Assembly: GCF_009914755.1 (NCBI RefSeq)
Contig: NC_060940.1
From: the human T2T-CHM13v2.0 reference genome, Homo sapiens
Direction: 5' to 3' (one strand)
DNA length: 64,000 bases
A program made the position numbers and the translations under genes. Each line of letters opens with the position of its first letter. Positions within the stretch are counted from its first letter, which is position 1. Below, piece after piece: positions 14,250-25,880 of this stretch. The notes below the pieces were generated by a model, which worked only from the letters and a program-made list of their open reading frames with translations, searched no databases and had not been told where the DNA came from.

Positions 14250-14800
14250 CAAATCTGACCCCACACTTCCTCTCCAGTGCTTTTCCTACTCACCTCCACA
14301 AAAGCTGTTTGTCCAATTTTGTTTGATTCTCTTCTGCTGTTTTGAGGTGCCTGTGTTTTCAACCTGAATGGATTTTCTCTGCTCTCCCCTTGGCGGGAGA
14401 TGTCTTCTACATCTACCAGGATGACTTTTATCTTGGCCTGTTCAGATCCTACACAACCTCCAAGGCACATCTTAAATGCCCATAATTTCATGTAGCTTTC
14501 CTTAATACCCCTAACCAATGGCAATCTCTCCCTTTTCTAAATACATTTTAATTTTCTCAGATTAAAAAACACACTTTAAAAATGGCTCTTATGGGTACAC
14601 AGATCATTGTGTCTGGTGGGTATCTTTTCCACCCCAATAAAAAATGAAAGCTCCTAAAGGTCAGAATGGCTTTCTTTTATTATTTTATTTTTTAAACATT
14701 TATTATGAAAAATTTCAAACATATACAAAATAAACAGAAGGCACTGTTTGTTTTTGCATCTCTTTGGGACCTATCACAGTGTTTTGCATGTAGCAGAGGT
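14250..14800 (+). mobile_element. L2 remnant
   Basis: Ends gcatctctttgggacctatcacagtgttttgcatgtagcag, an L2 3' motif. Confidence 0.5.
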
Positions 14801-15313
14801 AAATTTAAGTAATTAGAGCCTTAGGCAAATGGAGCTGTCTGTCTGCATATCTGATGCCGTTGTCTCCTGGATCGTTAAGCTTTTCCTCAGTCACACACAC
14901 ACACAACCCATACACCTGTAGGATCACAATCTACAAGGATTAAACCCGCTCACTGGCTTTAAAATTCAGGGAAAGTCTTTATTCTGAGGTCAGTTCAGAT
15001 CATCAGTAAAGCTAACTGCATTTGAGGGGATGGGGAGAAAACATTTATATATTTAAGAATATTTTCTAAGAGAATTCAAGTCTGGTTGTATATCTGTTTG
15101 ATTTTCTTTAGCACATTTTTTTATAAATGTGTAATACCTGAAGAATAATGTACAAATATGAGGGCTTTCTATTAATACCAGGTTTTCTTCACTTTGCATT
15201 CACATTTTTCAACGTCTTCCCTTCCCAAAACCTCAGACTCCTAAAAGTCTATTTTATATATTTTTTTAACTTGCGCCTACTTAGCCCATTTTTTGCTACT
15301 ACTGAGTGAATGA

Positions 15314-15354
15314 GTGTGTGTGTGTATGCATGTGTGTGTGTGTGTGTGTGCGTG
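15314..15354. repeat. Interrupted (TG)n microsatellite
   Basis: Direct reading. Confidence 0.9.
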
Positions 15355-16145
15355 TATTTGGGAGAGCAGTCAGATCCTTAAAGTGAACCAGAATTCTGGA
15401 GTGATAGATTACATGTCCATGCTGTGTCATATCCAATTATCTCAAATTGACTGTACACTGCATTATTCTGTTAGTGCATGGAAGATCAATAAATATGAGG
15501 AAAAGCCACCCCAGCTCTCCACTTTCCCATCCGATTCTAGTAGGTCTGAGACGGATCATGCTACTGTGATGTGTACGCCACATCTAAGGCAGGCAGGTGG
15601 TGCATAGACACCATTCAAACTTGGCCTATTCAATCCCAACTCCTCTAACTCTCCATTCATGCATAGCAAAACACCATCTGGTCCTATTTTGCCTCCAGCA
15701 ATCACAGCTGACCAAAAACGATAATAACAGCTGTTGCAAAACAAAAGCCAAACAAAGGGGGGTTGGCGGGGGCGGGGAGGAAAGGTTATATTGAAGTCCA
15801 GTGCTGAAAAATGCTCCATGAAGTGAGAAATGGGAAAGAAACCATTCAGATGTCTAAAGCTCACTGAATGGACACAGTGGAGGACTTCTACTTAAACTTG
15901 AGATATTAATCCATCTGTCTAGAAAGCCTTCAAACCTCCATCAGGTGGTAATATATTGCAGAAATTATGCTGCACGAAGGCATTTAAGCTTTTGTTCTCT
16001 GACTCGGGAACTAATGACCCCTTGTCAGCTAAAAATGAAAATGCCTTATGTTCTTTCATCATACAGCAGTACAGGTTAATGCAAAGAGAGAACATGTTTA
16101 GCCAGAGTAATAAAATAATGTCTACATGGCATTGGGAGAGACAAG

Positions 16146-16147
<2 letters not shown>

Positions 16148-16203
<56 letters not shown>

Positions 16204-16230
16204 AATGGAGGTGGTGGGGGTGGGGGGGGG
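16148..16230. repeat. Compound (GT)n(GA)n microsatellite followed by a G-run tract
   Basis: Direct reading. About 18 GT units then about 10 GA units, then ggtggtgggggtggggggggg. Confidence 0.92.
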
Positions 16231-16326
16231 TGTCTGTAGACCACTTAAGAGGGAAGGCATTTAGGCCATTTAGATATGACACTAATCAGATACCACATTT
16301 CTCATGTCTATTTTTCATTATCCTGA

Positions 16327-16332
16327 TTTATT
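16327..16332 (-). terminator. AATAAA distal poly(A) signal
   Basis: tttatt on +. Lies at the edge of the AU-rich UTR-like block, with GU-rich aatgtggtatct downstream on the minus strand. Confidence 0.6.
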
Positions 16333-17913
16333 TCTGACCTGTAACAAAAGAAAAAGCGCACCAAGTACTTACTTAAGTCTCAGGAATAGAAACCAGTCAT
16401 ATGTATAAACTGAAATATAAATGGATATATAACATGCTTTGTGAATCCTGAAAACAATAATTTGGTAACAAGGTTGAGGAATTCTTTTCATGATTCAAGC
16501 CTTTTGACATTTTAAATATGTAGTTTTGCCTGGTGATTAATTTTATAAACTGTAGTCATTAAACTTTTTTTTTCCTCTGGAATTGACCATCAGTGGCTTA
16601 GCAGCATTTAATCAAATGTGATAAAACCCAAGATTTATAAAATCATTTAATAGATGTTACAACACCTGCTTCTAACTGCAAACAGTTGAAAACAGACTTC
16701 ACTTGCAATTAAGTCTTATCACTAGTGACATTTTTTTCCAAGCAATACTTCATGGGTTTTCAAAATGACAATTACAGAACTAATACACAATTACTGTCAC
16801 ATGTAGTTTAGCAATTAATTTTGAAGACATCTGTCTAAAGGTTTCACAACAGAATATAAAATGGTTATTGTTATGTAATGTTAGTTTCAATTCACAGAAA
16901 ATCTTTTACCATTCGAGCTCTACTTCTGAAGGATCTGATGCTAGCACATCATTTCTTTGTGGAATACAATCACTCCCTTGTAGATGTAATTAGGCATCAT
17001 TCTAAGGCTGTTTGAACACTGATACCTGTCAACTAATACATCTTATGAAAAGCTTCAATTTAGACATAAATTTTTCTACAGCAAGAAATCCATAAATTTA
17101 TAATTAGAATCTCTTGCTGTTCAATATTTGTACATAATACAGAGTAGGAGAGGATTATGAAATATTGAAAGCTGAATTCATTATTCATAACCCACAACAT
17201 ACAGTAAATAATCTCTGAAATACAACAACTTTGAGGGATCCATATTCCATTATTTTTGAATGTCTTGCACATAGTAGCTGTGGAGCGCACCACGCACACC
17301 CTCATTCTTTCCAGATTAGGATTCTGGTCAGGGTTGACACTTGCTGTTTTTAATTTTCATTTTATCATAAGCAGTTTAAGACTGTTGCCAGTGGTAATTT
17401 GCAATTTTTATCAAGACCTCTTCATTATAGCTTCTGACAGGACAGATGCTGTAATTAATCATGCAAGACAACTGGGGATAGTGGTCACACTGCTCTCAAA
17501 GAGGAACCGCTACAGAGCAAGAAAAGGGGGGAATAAATGGGCACCGAAATAATTATTTTGGCTTAAGAATTAGCATTCACCATCTATTTTAATCGCAATA
17601 ACATTACAATACCCAGCTAGTTCTAGCCCCCTCAAAAAAGCGATTACTTTTTTCTCTATACTTACCTTGTACTTGCATCTTAAAAAAAAAAAAAAAAAAA
17701 AAAAGACAATTACACAAATATTTCCAATGCGTTGTTTTGGTTTTTTCAAGGATCTTCATTTCAGGCTATGCAATGCATATTCTTGGCCATAAATATCATA
17801 TTTCCAATTGAAAAATGGAAGATGATGTTTGGGCTAAAACGAAACTTGGTATGTGGCATATTTCCCCATCTTACATGTATTCAAGGAACCAAAAATGAAA
17901 TCTGACATATCAT

Positions 17914-17919
17914 TTTATT
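17914..17919 (-). terminator. AATAAA poly(A) signal (proximal cluster; a second at 17984-17989)
   Basis: tttatt on + at 17914-17919 and 17984-17989. U/GU-rich sequence follows on the minus strand. Confidence 0.7.
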
Positions 17920-19115
17920 TGAAAAGTGAACAGTTTCTTTGTTGTTGCATCAAAATACAGTCCACAGTTTTTACTGAAATGTGTTTATTCTATAGCAAGA
18001 TAAAAGCATTTTTGTTTTAGTTAAGCAAAATACAAACAACTTAATTGCTGCTATCATAACTCATAAAAAAGTATAAAACAGCATAAAAACACAATAAGCA
18101 ACGTAGCAATGAATGGTTTATGTCACCAGTGTTTACGTTAAAGCCTCATTTAGGAAAACTTTACAGCACATGATATGAAAACTTACAACTTTGAAAGAAA
18201 ATATTTACATTGATTATTCAGATGTGGTGTGCCTTTTAAATATTCTACTGGTATTACATCATAATAAAAACTCTTGCTTTTTCTTTTTAAATCTTAACTT
18301 TTGTAATAACTGTTTTCATTTAAGTGCATTTCCCTTTTAAAAATACAGTGTTTTTATTTTTCGAAACTTGTCACTCAAAACACGGAATATAGTATTCACA
18401 TTTCTTCTAATTGGAATGAATATAATGGGCTAACAGTGGTCATAGATATTGTTACAACATATACTGTGGTTTGATTTGGAGAAGTCATGGATAAAAAGTG
18501 GAAATTAGTCAATAATTGAATTTAGTCACTTGCATTTTTTTTCTGGAGAGATTTAGGAAAAAAAATAAGAGCTTTGGCAAAAGTCTGTGATTTACATTAT
18601 TTTTTTCATGACAAAAAAATGCCATCAACTATTCACGTCATACAAATGTTTGTATGAAACTGGATCTTCATATTTCAGGTAGTTACAACTGTGCTTTTTA
18701 TTTTTAGGGCTTCAGGAGTTCAGATAGCCTGGAAGTGTGGTTTACTCACTTCTGGAGAAATAAGGCCATTTTTCTATGACTCAGAGAGGCCAGTTTATAG
18801 TCATCAGTATGTCCCAGGATTCATTAAACAGTTTGATTCACATATTGTAGGTATAGCCTGAATAAATAAAAAAGGCATCACATAAAAGAGCACAGCTTTT
18901 CTTGTTTAAAAACAAAGTGATTTATAGTCAGCTAAAAGATGTTACTCAGCTACACTGCAGTTCTTATTGCCTATCTAATAGACACTTGAGAGGACCGTTT
19001 GATCTGTTACACATTTCTGCATAACCAACACCAACTTACAGGTTTCAGCCACATATGCTTTTCCCTCCTATGCCACTCTCCTTGGTATACGCAAATCCGT
19101 CTGCCATATGCGTCT

Positions 19116-19859
19116 TCAGAAAATACTGACCTGCGATAATACTTGAGTCTGTGTCTGAGACTGTATTTGCGACTGGTGCTGCTGAGAGGCTGGCTGGGGG
19201 CTCCCGATGGCAGGGATGGGGGATGTTATCTGAGAGGCGACAGGGGAGTGCTGCCGAGGAGAAGGCTGAGACTGGTGCTGCATGTGTTGCAGCTGCTGCA
19301 GCTGGAGGCGCTGCTGCAGCTGCTGCTGCAGCTGCTGTTGATTAATTTGCTGCTGGAGATGCTGCTGCTGCTGCTGCAGGTGCTGCTGCATGTGGTGCTG
19401 GAAATGCTGCTGCTGCATCTGCTGCTGGATTTGCTGATGCATTTGGTGCTGCTGGAGTTGCTGCTGCTGCATCTGTTGCATCTGTTGTTGTTGCTGCTGC
19501 TGCTGCTGCTGCAATTGCATCTGATGCTGCTGGGTTTGCACCGAAGGACTCACTTGGGTGGAGGGTGCTGAGCCAACCATGGTCGTTCCCATGGAGCTTA
19601 TCAGTGGAGCCCCAATGTTCGAGGGCATGTTGGCTGCAATGGTGACTGATGTGACAATCTGGTTCATGGGGAGTCTCATGGTTAAGGGTTTGGGAGCGAT
19701 TGACCTAGGGAGGGATTGCTGGAGAGTCTGAGGTGATGCTGACACTGTTCCATGTTGAGACAGTGGAGTGTTGAGAAGGAGAGAGGATGTTAGATTGGTC
19801 GACGCCAGGGTCTGCTGAACAGAACGGATGGTCTGGGCTTCTGCTGACTCAGCAGCAGC
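19116..19859 (-). CDS. TOX3: TOX3 last coding exon (247 aa + TGA), Ser/Thr/Pro-rich then Gln-rich C-terminus ending QVSIF
   Basis: Acceptor ctcccccaaaatgcag|GCT. ORF 19116..19865. Interrupted CAG/CAA polyQ typical of TOX3/TNRC9. Confidence 0.98.
   Translation of the reverse strand, partial: AAAESAEAQTIRSVQQTLASTNLTSSLLLNTPLSQHGTVSASPQTLQQSLPRSIAPKPLTMRLPMNQIVTSVTIAANMPSNIGAPLISSMGTTMVGSAPSTQVSPSVQTQQHQMQLQQQQQQQQQQMQQMQQQQLQQHQMHQQIQQQMQQQHFQHHMQQHLQQQQQHLQQQINQQQLQQQLQQRLQLQQLQHMQHQSQPSPRQHSPVASQITSPIPAIGSPQPASQQHQSQIQSQTQTQVLSQVSIF
19482..19511 (-). repeat. Longest polyQ run, Q10 = (CAG)6(CAA)3CAG, within a ~250-bp interrupted CAG region (19275-19530)
   Basis: Read directly as ctg/ttg triplets on +. 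Confidence 0.95.
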
Positions 19860-19959
19860 CTGCATTTTGGGGGAGAAAATTCCAGACTGTTACAACACAT
19901 AAGTATTTAAAATATTTAAGCATTTTTAGATATTATAAATTGATTTTTTTTAACGGCCA

Positions 19960-20429
19960 CCATTATTCATGCCCTCCTGTATGTGTACTCTTTGTCTTGT
20001 GACTTTTTCACTCCTCCCTGAGGTGGAGTCAAATCCCCTACCTCCTTGAGTCTGGGCTGCTCTTGTGCCTTTGCTTTGGCTAACAGAATGTGATGACAGT
20101 GATACTGCTCCAGTTCCAAGACGAGGCTTCAAGCCTGCCCCTGCCATGTGCATGATGACAGACATGTGGCCCAATTACCCCCCTCAAGAGTCAGTTCACT
20201 GCCAGCCAGCCAACTGTGATCAATGTGAATGAGTCCAGCCCCCTCCAACATGCAAGCTGACCCCAGACAGAAAAGCAAGACTAGCTGGTTCTACCAATCC
20301 TGGCCTAGATCTGAAGAACCAGTCAGCTAACTGGCACTCTCTGAGGATAAATGCTCATCTTACATCACATCATTGAGCTTTGGGGATGGTTGTTACACAG
20401 CACTATTGTGGCAAAAGATAACCGATACA
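19960..20429 (+). mobile_element. MLT1 (F/G/H-like) LTR, antisense to TOX3, about 100 bp from the last-exon acceptor
   Basis: gaggtggagtc...ccttgagtctgggctg...tttggctaacagaatgtg and terminus ggggatggttgttacacagca...agataaccgataca. Confidence 0.75.
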
Positions 20430-20509
20430 CATATTTAAGAGCAACAATTCTTCTGCATTTAAGTCTGTACTAACGACTTTACCATTGAGTACCATATGTT
20501 TAAAGACAA

Positions 20510-21067
<558 letters not shown>

Positions 21068-22229
21068 AGTTAACAGTTACTATTACCAGAAAATGGCCAC
21101 TGGAATACTTGAAAGCCCTGTGTTGTGTGATTATTTATAACAAGGTTCACTCAAGTATAAGAAAACCATTATTGGTTTCCTCAGAGATACCAAATTGAAG
21201 TTTTCACAATTTTAGAAATGTTTTAGTTCATCAACTATTTTTGAAGATTTGTAGAATTTATCAAAGGAGTCATAGATAAGGGGAAAATGTTCAACTTCAT
21301 GGGACCAAATCACCTGTTAAAAGATAAACAGCAGATCTAGGGCTGAACATAGAGAGAAACTATCTATTACATTTTGTACTAAAAACACTTCACTGCCTCT
21401 ACAAAAAGAAATTCTTCCACTAATGCAACAGTGATTGGAATGATTCATTCCAGAGACGATTTTTTCCTTGTATTTTTCATTTGATTAGGATGTTTTTGGG
21501 GGTGTGTTGTAGGGGCACCTAGGAGACATCAAACAGCCATCCATTATCTTCAATAATTTTATATTTCTAAATTTTTATGACTCCGATTTATAAAATCCTG
21601 CTGTTGGAAACAAACTGAGATGTAACCTCATATAGAGAGTCATCCAGTGTAGGAAAAGCCATCTCTGATGTTTTCTGTTTGAACACATGTCATCATTATA
21701 AGGCACTCCCCTTCAGTGGGCAGCTCTCCACATTACAAAACTCAGTGGGGCTGCATGTTCCTGAACCGTCATGTTCTAAGGTCTTAGGGTAAGAAGCAGC
21801 CTATAAATATTCAAATTTGTCTTCAAAAAACCATTAAATCACCCATAAAGTTGAATACACACAATAAACATGTACATAATTCTTATATACTCTAGTAGTT
21901 AAAAATTAACAAGCTGTCTTAAAGAAAAAAACACAAAGAAAGTCTGTATTTCAACACCTGGGCAGCTCAGTTGCACTATTGTGCCTTTAAGATGCTGCCT
22001 TAACGGTAAATGGAGATGGGTGGATGATTGCACAGAGTTCTTCCTTGCCTGCCTTCTTGTTCCTTTATGGCTTAATAGTAAGCTTCCATGAATTTCTTTG
22101 GTTATTGTAAAGATTAAAAGTGATAGCAGAGTCGTATCTTAAGGGGGGAGGTCTGAGGCTCTGCGTGCAGAGGCATAAGTTAAATGTGCATATGATGCAA
22201 CCCTATTGATATTTCTGATGCTGGGGCTG

Positions 22230-23200
22230 AACTCTCACTCCCTGTAAGCTCACCCCTTGGATGAGTTCTCCTCTCTTGGGCACAAAGATCGACTTCATTT
22301 CCCTTATATAACGGCCCTTATATTTGAGGACTAAGATCATATGCCTCCAAGTCCTTGCCTCCCTGATTCTTTCAGTTATTCTAACATGATGTGATTTTCA
22401 GTCCTCACTATCGTGGAGGCAATGCTCTAGAGAGACATCAATTGATTGTCATCTCTCTTTAAACTGTGGGATCCAAAACAGAACCAATTCTTTAGAAGCG
22501 GTCTAATAATCACTGTACAATTCAGTGCTGCTTCCTGTGCGATCACTATATTAGCAGCTACTTCACAGTTTGGGTTCAGGCTGAAATTATTCTAAACTTA
22601 TACCTAAAGGACTATATTAGTTGCCTCACAGTTCTTTGAATAGAGATTTAGGATCCTCTCAAAGTGCATTTACTGAATTAAAAAACAAACAAACCAAACC
22701 CTAGTATTTTAAATTTATTCCTTCTAAATTCTATCCTATTGATTTTTTTTCTCTTTTTTGGTGTCATTGAATTCTACCTGGAAGTATTTCTGAATCCTGA
22801 TTCTAGTATGCAATGTGTAAGTTTTAAGTTATCCCCTCTAAGTCAGTCACAGGCTTCATGAGCCCAATCATGGTTAATATTCCCTGAATGCCTTTTGAGA
22901 TACCGGATCTTGGTTTAAATCCATATACGGTCAATTATTCATGCTTTAATGCACAAAATCACCTATACCTGCTCTGGATAAATGAATGAATAAATGATTC
23001 ACTTAAGAAGTACATGCACACTGTTACTCTATTCACTTCACTCCATCTAGTTAACCAACTATACTTTAATTCTTAACATCTGCAGCCCACACAGTCAGCT
23101 GTTTTCTGCCAATGTGCAAGTCTGAGTACAACATCAGTATATCTTCCAGTATGTGTCTTCCAGAGTCTGAGAAAGAGGTTTTGCTATTGACCTGATAAAT
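22230..23200 (-). mobile_element. L3/CR1 remnant
   Basis: ctctttaaactgtgggatccaaaacagaaccaattctttagaagcggtcta resembles the CR1 RT region in reverse. Boundaries approximate. Confidence 0.5.
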
Positions 23201-24166
23201 GTTTTATCTATCTAATGAAGTGGGAAGTGTCCTAATAGCTGTCAGCAAAGAGAGGAGGACCTCTGTTGATCTGATTCTGAGCAGCTGCAAATGGTAGATC
23301 TTGATACAAATACTTAATACAGATAATATAAAGAAGAAGCAACTCAGGTGAAAAGAGAAAAAAAGGAATGAACCCTTTTTAAATGGCTTTGAGACCCTAG
23401 GTTGTACTTGAGACAGCAACAGTGACAATGAAATTGTATCCCTACTTGTCAGAAAAAATTTGTCTAGAGCAAAAATATATTAGATCAAATTATCCTTTCC
23501 AAAACCTCTAAAATCTAGAAAGGCAAGAGAAAAAGCTAATTAAATGTTAATATCATGTATTAGCTCATATTCCTTTGGATTCATTTGCTAGAGTGACATT
23601 TGCTTGGGATATTGGGATATTTTATAACACACCAGGGTCCACTGTATACTCTCTATATAATACATGTAGGTTTTGTTTAGTACTTGGAGTATAATTTCAT
23701 TTTAAATGATCATGAGGTTTATTTATTTATATGATATGGAACAGTTTGGTCAAAAATGCAATGCCCCCCAATTGTAGTAATATAACCACAGGAGAATTTA
23801 TAATATGATGTCCAAAAATGCCTGACAAACATACCTCCCAGTTTAAACAGAGGACACTAGCACAGGTCCCAATCCCTGACCAGAAGAAAGCATAAGAGCC
23901 TATTTAAAATTTATGTATATAGCTACATACACATATATAAAGATCAGGGAAATCTTTCAGAAACAACTTAGACTCAGCTGCTTAAATTAACTCATATTTT
24001 CAGATCATCACTTGGGTAATCTCTAATGGAAACGCCTAAGTTTACAAGTTGTTCAAGATGCCTTTCCATCAACTTTTAGGGGAGCTACAAGTATGTTTTC
24101 AATGCTTGAGGGCTGTTTTCCACGCTGTGACTATTTTGGAGCCTGGCCGCCCCTGCCCAGGTTTAC

Positions 24167-24247
24167 CTTAGAAACGAGGCTGGCCCTGTATGCCGCCAGG
24201 GCCTTCAGGTATTCTTTTTTGGCAGCTTCTGTTTTCCTTTTATATAC
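24167..24247 (-). CDS. TOX3: TOX3 coding exon 6 (81 nt, [27 protein letters not shown]): end of HMG box (helix 3)
   Basis: Acceptor tcttttaatag|GTA and donor AAG|gtaaac. Completes the HMG box in frame. Absent from the ORF track because of its length. Confidence 0.97.
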
Positions 24248-24386
24248 CTATTAAAAGACCACAATTAGCACCACCTTTAGCGTATAAATTCTCAGCTATA
24301 AAATAGCTGCTGCACAAATTAGGTCACATAAACACAACTCACATAAAAAGGTTGGTCTCCTTGGCTTTGATTTTTAAATGTTAGCG

Positions 24387-24389
<3 letters not shown>

Positions 24390-24421
<32 letters not shown>
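24390..24421. repeat. (AC)16 microsatellite, (UG)16 in the TOX3 pre-mRNA
   Basis: Direct reading. Confidence 0.95.
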
Positions 24422-24424
<3 letters not shown>

Positions 24425-25880
24425 TATTAAAACAAAACAGAACCCTGCCACCCTCACTGGAGCACAATTTTTATATTTACTATTGCAAATAAGAAAAAGA
24501 TTTCTGGATGCAATACAGATTACTTGAGAATCACTTTTTCTTGAGAACAGCTGAAAACCTCATGCTAAGGCAATAAATAAGGTAGCAAGAAGAATAAGCT
24601 TTGCTGCAAATGGCTTACTTTAGAGAAAATAATGAGTTTCTCCATCAATGTCTTCTTTCCCTCAGATACCTTTCTAAACTATACCAAACAAGAGGATAAA
24701 AACAACAGGTAAAATGATGAAGACAGAAGAGAAAAGAGCAAAGCATTTCAATGTTGGTTTTCTTTTGGAGCAAAATTAAAAGTCAGAAATCATCCAAGCT
24801 AGGAGATTTCCATTAGTGACCCCACTGAGTTACATAAATAAAATTCCAGCATATTAAACATGATTTGGGCTTCTCCTTTTCCTAAGTGGTCTGATGGCTG
24901 GGTGTTCAGTCAACATGCATCTTTCTCTCCAGAGTTTAAAAGTTAGGTGCAGCACTTTTCCAGTCCCTCAGAATTATATTTCTGGGACAGAAAATCAGTC
25001 TGCTATCTACAGTAATAAACTCAGTGCAAACTAAAAAGAAATTTCTAATGTTGCACCTTCCCAACAAAACAAGCTTCTAGGAATGAGTTCCTGAAATAAG
25101 TTCATGATTTGTAAACAAAATCAAGGACTTTCCACTCTTCATTCTTGAAAACAATTATTCTATTTTATCACTCATAGGAGTTGATCTATTCTTCTGTGGA
25201 TATGTAAAAGTTAACTTCTTTTAATGGTAATTGGAGTTTCATGCAAGGAGTAAGGGGGGGATCGACCCCCAAGGAACCCATTCTTCCCTTCATTTGTGTG
25301 GAGGAGTTGCAAGGGGAAGGAGAGGAGACGAAGCCCCTAAGGAAGTATCTCCCACAAGCATGGCTAATTTCTGAATACCTCTCATACTGCCTTGCTTTAA
25401 AATGAACTTGGAATAAAATTTCAAATGCCCGGTGACAATAATGAGACACGCAGAGGCAGCTTCAAAGTTTGGAAACCCACCAGGACAGCACAAGGGTTCA
25501 GAAAGATGATCAATGGAAAGGCAAGCAGGATGGACCTAATCCCTTTGTAGTGCCCTTTTTGAACAAAGGGGAAAAAATTCCACATTATTTAAAATGAAAA
25601 GATTATCATCAAAAGTTTATGCTTGCAGGATACTGCCTGGATTTCTTCCAACCTTCCTCTGAATGGGTTCTGAACATGCACCCATAAGCTGACAGAGAAA
25701 TCAATATAACTGGAGAGTTGTTTAGATTTATATGTCTGGGTTTTTAAATTCCATTGCTTAGAAAAGGATTTCAAAAGAAGCAATCATATTAAGTGAACAC
25801 ATGCACTTGGAAAAGGTGTGAGGAATATTTTAAATGATCATGAGGTTTATTGATGGAGCCTTGATGGGTCTTTGTCTCAC

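Larger units (their letters stand above)
16310..19115 (-). other. TOX3: TOX3 3'UTR (long form; shorter forms end near 17895 or 17965)
   Basis: AU-rich sequence with no transposon I can recognise, following the stop codon, with several minus-strand AATAAA. Exact cleavage sites are inferred. Confidence 0.7.

Noticed and set aside
15919-16337. Several overlapping ORFs with HTHT/CVCV/RERE runs
   Set aside because: Translations of the (GT)n(GA)n microsatellite.
19143-19571. 142-aa antisense poly-Leu ORF (and poly-Ala ORF 19151-19345) over the polyQ exon
   Set aside because: These are automatic shadows of CAG-rich coding sequence, with no promoter or splice evidence. The repeats are too short and interrupted to suggest RAN translation.
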